Source: Candidatus Woesebacteria bacterium (lineage in GTDB: Bacteria; Patescibacteriota; Microgenomatia; UBA1400; PJMF01). From it: DNA of 52,479 bases. The position numbers and the translations under genes are program-made. The stretch covers positions 1 to 52,479 of the forward strand of contig JASFHL010000009.1 in assembly GCA_050123235.1 (NCBI GenBank), read 5' to 3'. How positions within the stretch are numbered: the stretch's first letter is position 1; each line of letters starts with the position of its first letter. Of the stretch, positions 49,826-52,479 are shown one piece after another. The notes below the pieces were generated by a model. That model did not search any database. It saw nothing but the letters and a program-made list of their open reading frames with translations, and was not told the DNA's origin.

Positions 49826-51973
49826 TTAAATTCCTAAACTCCGTATCACATCCCTAATCACTGTTGCCAGTTCAAAATCTAAATCTTTGGCTGCTTGGTT
49901 CATCTTTCTTCTAAGTTGCTGAGCTAATTTTTTTCTATCTGCTGGGGTAAGTGCATCAGCATCCACTTGATTCAAATCAATTGTTTCTTTTTTATTAAGT
50001 TGAATGAAGATCGGTTTTTTACTGCCAACTGCTTTTTTGCCTTTCTTCCCTAGTCTACAATTGGAATCTTCATCTTTTTTTTCAATCATTCTTTTTTTAA
50101 TTGGTTTATCAATAGTTGTAGGAGTAATGCCATGTTTTCTGTTATATTTTTGCTGAATAGCTCGACGACGCTTTGTTTCATCAATGGCCGCTTTCATTGA
50201 TTTGGTAATTTTGTCAGCATATAAAATGACAGTCCCATTTTCATGTCTAGCTGCTCTACCCATGGTTTGAATTAGTGAAGTAGTTGATCTTAAGAATCCT
50301 TCTTTGTCAGCATCCAAAATAGCGACTAATGATACTTCTGGTAAATCTAAACCTTCTCGCAATAAATTAATACCCACTAAAACATCATATTTGCCTTTTC
50401 TAAGATCAGCCAAAATGTCTGATCTTTCTAAAGTTTCGACATCGGAGTGTAAATAAGCTACTTTTGGTAGGACTAAATCTGTATTAACTAGTTTTTTAAT
50501 TTTTTTAGTATCATTTAAATAATCAGTAAGAGCTTCAGCCATTTTTTTAGTTAAAGTGGTGACCAGCACTCTTTGCTGTTTTTCAACGCGTTTAATAATT
50601 TCTTTAATTAAATTTTCAATTTGTCCTTTACTAGATCTAATATCAATTGCTGGATCAAGCAGACCAGTTGGTCTGACTAGTTGCTCTACTACTTTTCCAT
50701 TTGACTGTTTAATTTCCCAATCATTGGGAGTAGCTGAAACAGCTAAACTTTGACTTGTTTTAGATAAAAATTCATTAAATTGAAGTGGGCGGTTATCCAT
50801 GGCACTAGGCAGTCTAAAACCATATTCAATGAGGGTTTTTTTACGAGCTTGATCACCGTTATACATGCCTCTAATTTGAGGAATAGTCATGTGGCTTTCA
50901 TCAATAATAGTTAAAAAGGAATCTTGTTTAAATCTTTTTTGATTTTCTTTGAAATAATCAAGCAAGGTAAAGGGAGGATCACCGGCTTGGCGTCCATCAA
51001 AATATCGAGAGTAGTTTTCAATGCCATTAACAAAGCCAAATTCTTGAATCATTTCTAAATCATAATTTACTTTTTGTTCTAAGCGATAAGCCTCAATGAT
51101 TTTATTTGCTGCTTTCAATTCTTTTAATCTTTTTTTCAGATCTTGTCTAATTTCCTCAATGGCTGCAATCTGGGTTTGAGGATTAACAATATAGTGTTTA
51201 GCAGGATAAATGATGGCTCGTTTTGGCTTGGATGATTTTTGGGGAGTAATGATTTGAGCTTTATTTTGTAAATATTTAGTTTTTGTACCAGAAATTGGAT
51301 CGATTTCTTCAATTGAAACGATTTGGTTTTCTAGAGTGTCAATTTTTAGAGCAGTACTGCTATATGCTGGCCAGATTTGGATGATATCGCCTCTTAATCT
51401 GTAAGTACCTCTTCTAAGGTCAGTAGTACTTCTTTCATATTGTAATTCAGTTAAATGAAGTAGTAATGAATTGCGAGCAATAATCTCCCCTTCTATAATT
51501 TCTAGAATATAAGAGCCATATTCTATAGGTGAGCCTAAGTTATAAATACAAGATACAGAAGCAATAATGATAACATCAGGTCTAGTCAATAAATTAGTAG
51601 TACTAGCTAGCCTTAATTTATCAATTTCATCATTAATTTGAGCTTCTTTTTCAATATACGTATCAGAGGCTGGCAAGTATGCCTCAGGCTGATAGTAGTC
51701 ATAATAAGAAACAAAATAGTTAACAGCATTATTGGGAAAAAAATCTCTAAATTCTTGATAAAGCTGAGCAGCTAAGGTTTTGTTATGAGCAATCACTAAA
51801 GTGGGTTTTTGTAAATTTTGAATCAGATTAGCCATGGTGAAAGTTTTACCTGAGCCAGTCACTCCCAAGAGAGTTTGGTATTCTTTACCAGCTTCAAAGG
51901 CAGCTGTTAGTTGAGCAATAGCTTCGGGTTGATCTCCAGTGGGTTTAAATGCTGATTGTAATTGAAAAGACAT
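49826..51973 (-). CDS. uvrB: Excinuclease UvrB
   Basis: GDQPEAI, GVTGSGKT, YYDYYQPEAY, GINLLREGLD, GRAARH, UVR tail. Confidence 0.97.
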   Translation of the reverse strand: MSFQLQSAFKPTGDQPEAIAQLTAAFEAGKEYQTLLGVTGSGKTFTMANLIQNLQKPTLVIAHNKTLAAQLYQEFRDFFPNNAVNYFVSYYDYYQPEAYLPASDTYIEKEAQINDEIDKLRLASTTNLLTRPDVIIIASVSCIYNLGSPIEYGSYILEIIEGEIIARNSLLLHLTELQYERSTTDLRRGTYRLRGDIIQIWPAYSSTALKIDTLENQIVSIEEIDPISGTKTKYLQNKAQIITPQKSSKPKRAIIYPAKHYIVNPQTQIAAIEEIRQDLKKRLKELKAANKIIEAYRLEQKVNYDLEMIQEFGFVNGIENYSRYFDGRQAGDPPFTLLDYFKENQKRFKQDSFLTIIDESHMTIPQIRGMYNGDQARKKTLIEYGFRLPSAMDNRPLQFNEFLSKTSQSLAVSATPNDWEIKQSNGKVVEQLVRPTGLLDPAIDIRSSKGQIENLIKEIIKRVEKQQRVLVTTLTKKMAEALTDYLNDTKKIKKLVNTDLVLPKVAYLHSDVETLERSDILADLRKGKYDVLVGINLLREGLDLPEVSLVAILDADKEGFLRSTTSLIQTMGRAARHENGTVILYADKITKSMKAAIDETKRRRAIQQKYNRKHGITPTTIDKPIKKRMIEKKDEDSNCRLGKKGKKAVGSKKPIFIQLNKKETIDLNQVDADALTPADRKKLAQQLRRKMNQAAKDLDFELATVIRDVIRSLGI

Positions 51974-52056
51974 AAAACTCTATTATATATCTTTATATCA
52001 TGATTTTAGCTCTGGACTGGTCAAATTGCATATTTTTTGAGAAAATATAAACTCGA

Positions 52057-52130
52057 GCGCCCATAGCTCAGCTGGATAGAGCGACTGTCTTCTAAACAGT
52101 AGGTCACAGGTTCGAGTCCTGTTGGGCGCA
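52057..52130 (+). tRNA. tRNA-Arg(TCT), CCA not encoded
   Basis: GCGCCCA/TGGGCGC acceptor, ACTGT-CTTCTAA-ACAGT anticodon arm. Confidence 0.95.
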
Positions 52131-52158
52131 CAATTTTTAAACTAAAATCATTTTTTAT

Positions 52159-52233
<75 letters not shown>

Positions 52234-52479
52234 CATTACGGGATTTATAGATATCCTAAGGATAGAATTAGATTAGAAGTTGATGTTTAGTTTGGACGAG
52301 AAGTAGGGAAAAAAATATTAGAAATACTTGACGAAAGGTAATTATGTTACCTGATAAAGCAGTTGAAGATTTTCAAAACGAATTTAAAGATAGATGGGAT
52401 TTACTTATGCTGGAATAACCTAGTTTCTTTGGATAGGAAAAAAGATTATATATCAAAATAGTACTTGACAAGCGTATGA

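Noticed and set aside
51974-52056. SOS/LexA box upstream of uvrB
   Set aside because: No palindrome shared among the uvrA, uvrB and uvrC upstream regions could be identified by eye.

Overview
AT-rich bacterial chromosomal window. It is inferred to come from a Patescibacteria (CPR) genome of the Microgenomates group, based on a solitary 16S rRNA with divergent primer sites, a DUF5660-like gene, a PPIase-less trigger factor and many GT-C/PMT genes. Housekeeping content: infC-rpmI-rplT, tig, gap, pyrH, femAB-like, pcrA, tpiA, lon, clpB, mnmA, uvrABC, nadE, 4 tRNAs and 16S. There is also a 12 kb surface-glycosylation cluster, a sortase beside a QPETG-tailed substrate, and a RelE/Phd toxin-antitoxin pair. 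Four signals stand out. (1) Two ribosome-dependent attenuators absent from the ORF track: a WYFFYFYF leader peptide upstream of a PfkB kinase plus a regulatory-domain-less DAHP synthase, and an Ile-Ile-Ile leader upstream of a citramalate-synthase-like gene. (2) A five-gene candidate peptide-tagging writer/eraser cluster: a 7TM protein, three different ATP-grasp ligases (one fused to a catalytically degenerate RimB-like protease domain) and a MATCAP/DUF1704-like HExxxH peptidase. (3) Widespread leaderless promoter-to-start geometry. (4) A 137-nt dual-coding overlap and a GC-rich structured intergenic element. All calls come from reading the sequence and recalling family motifs; no searches were run.
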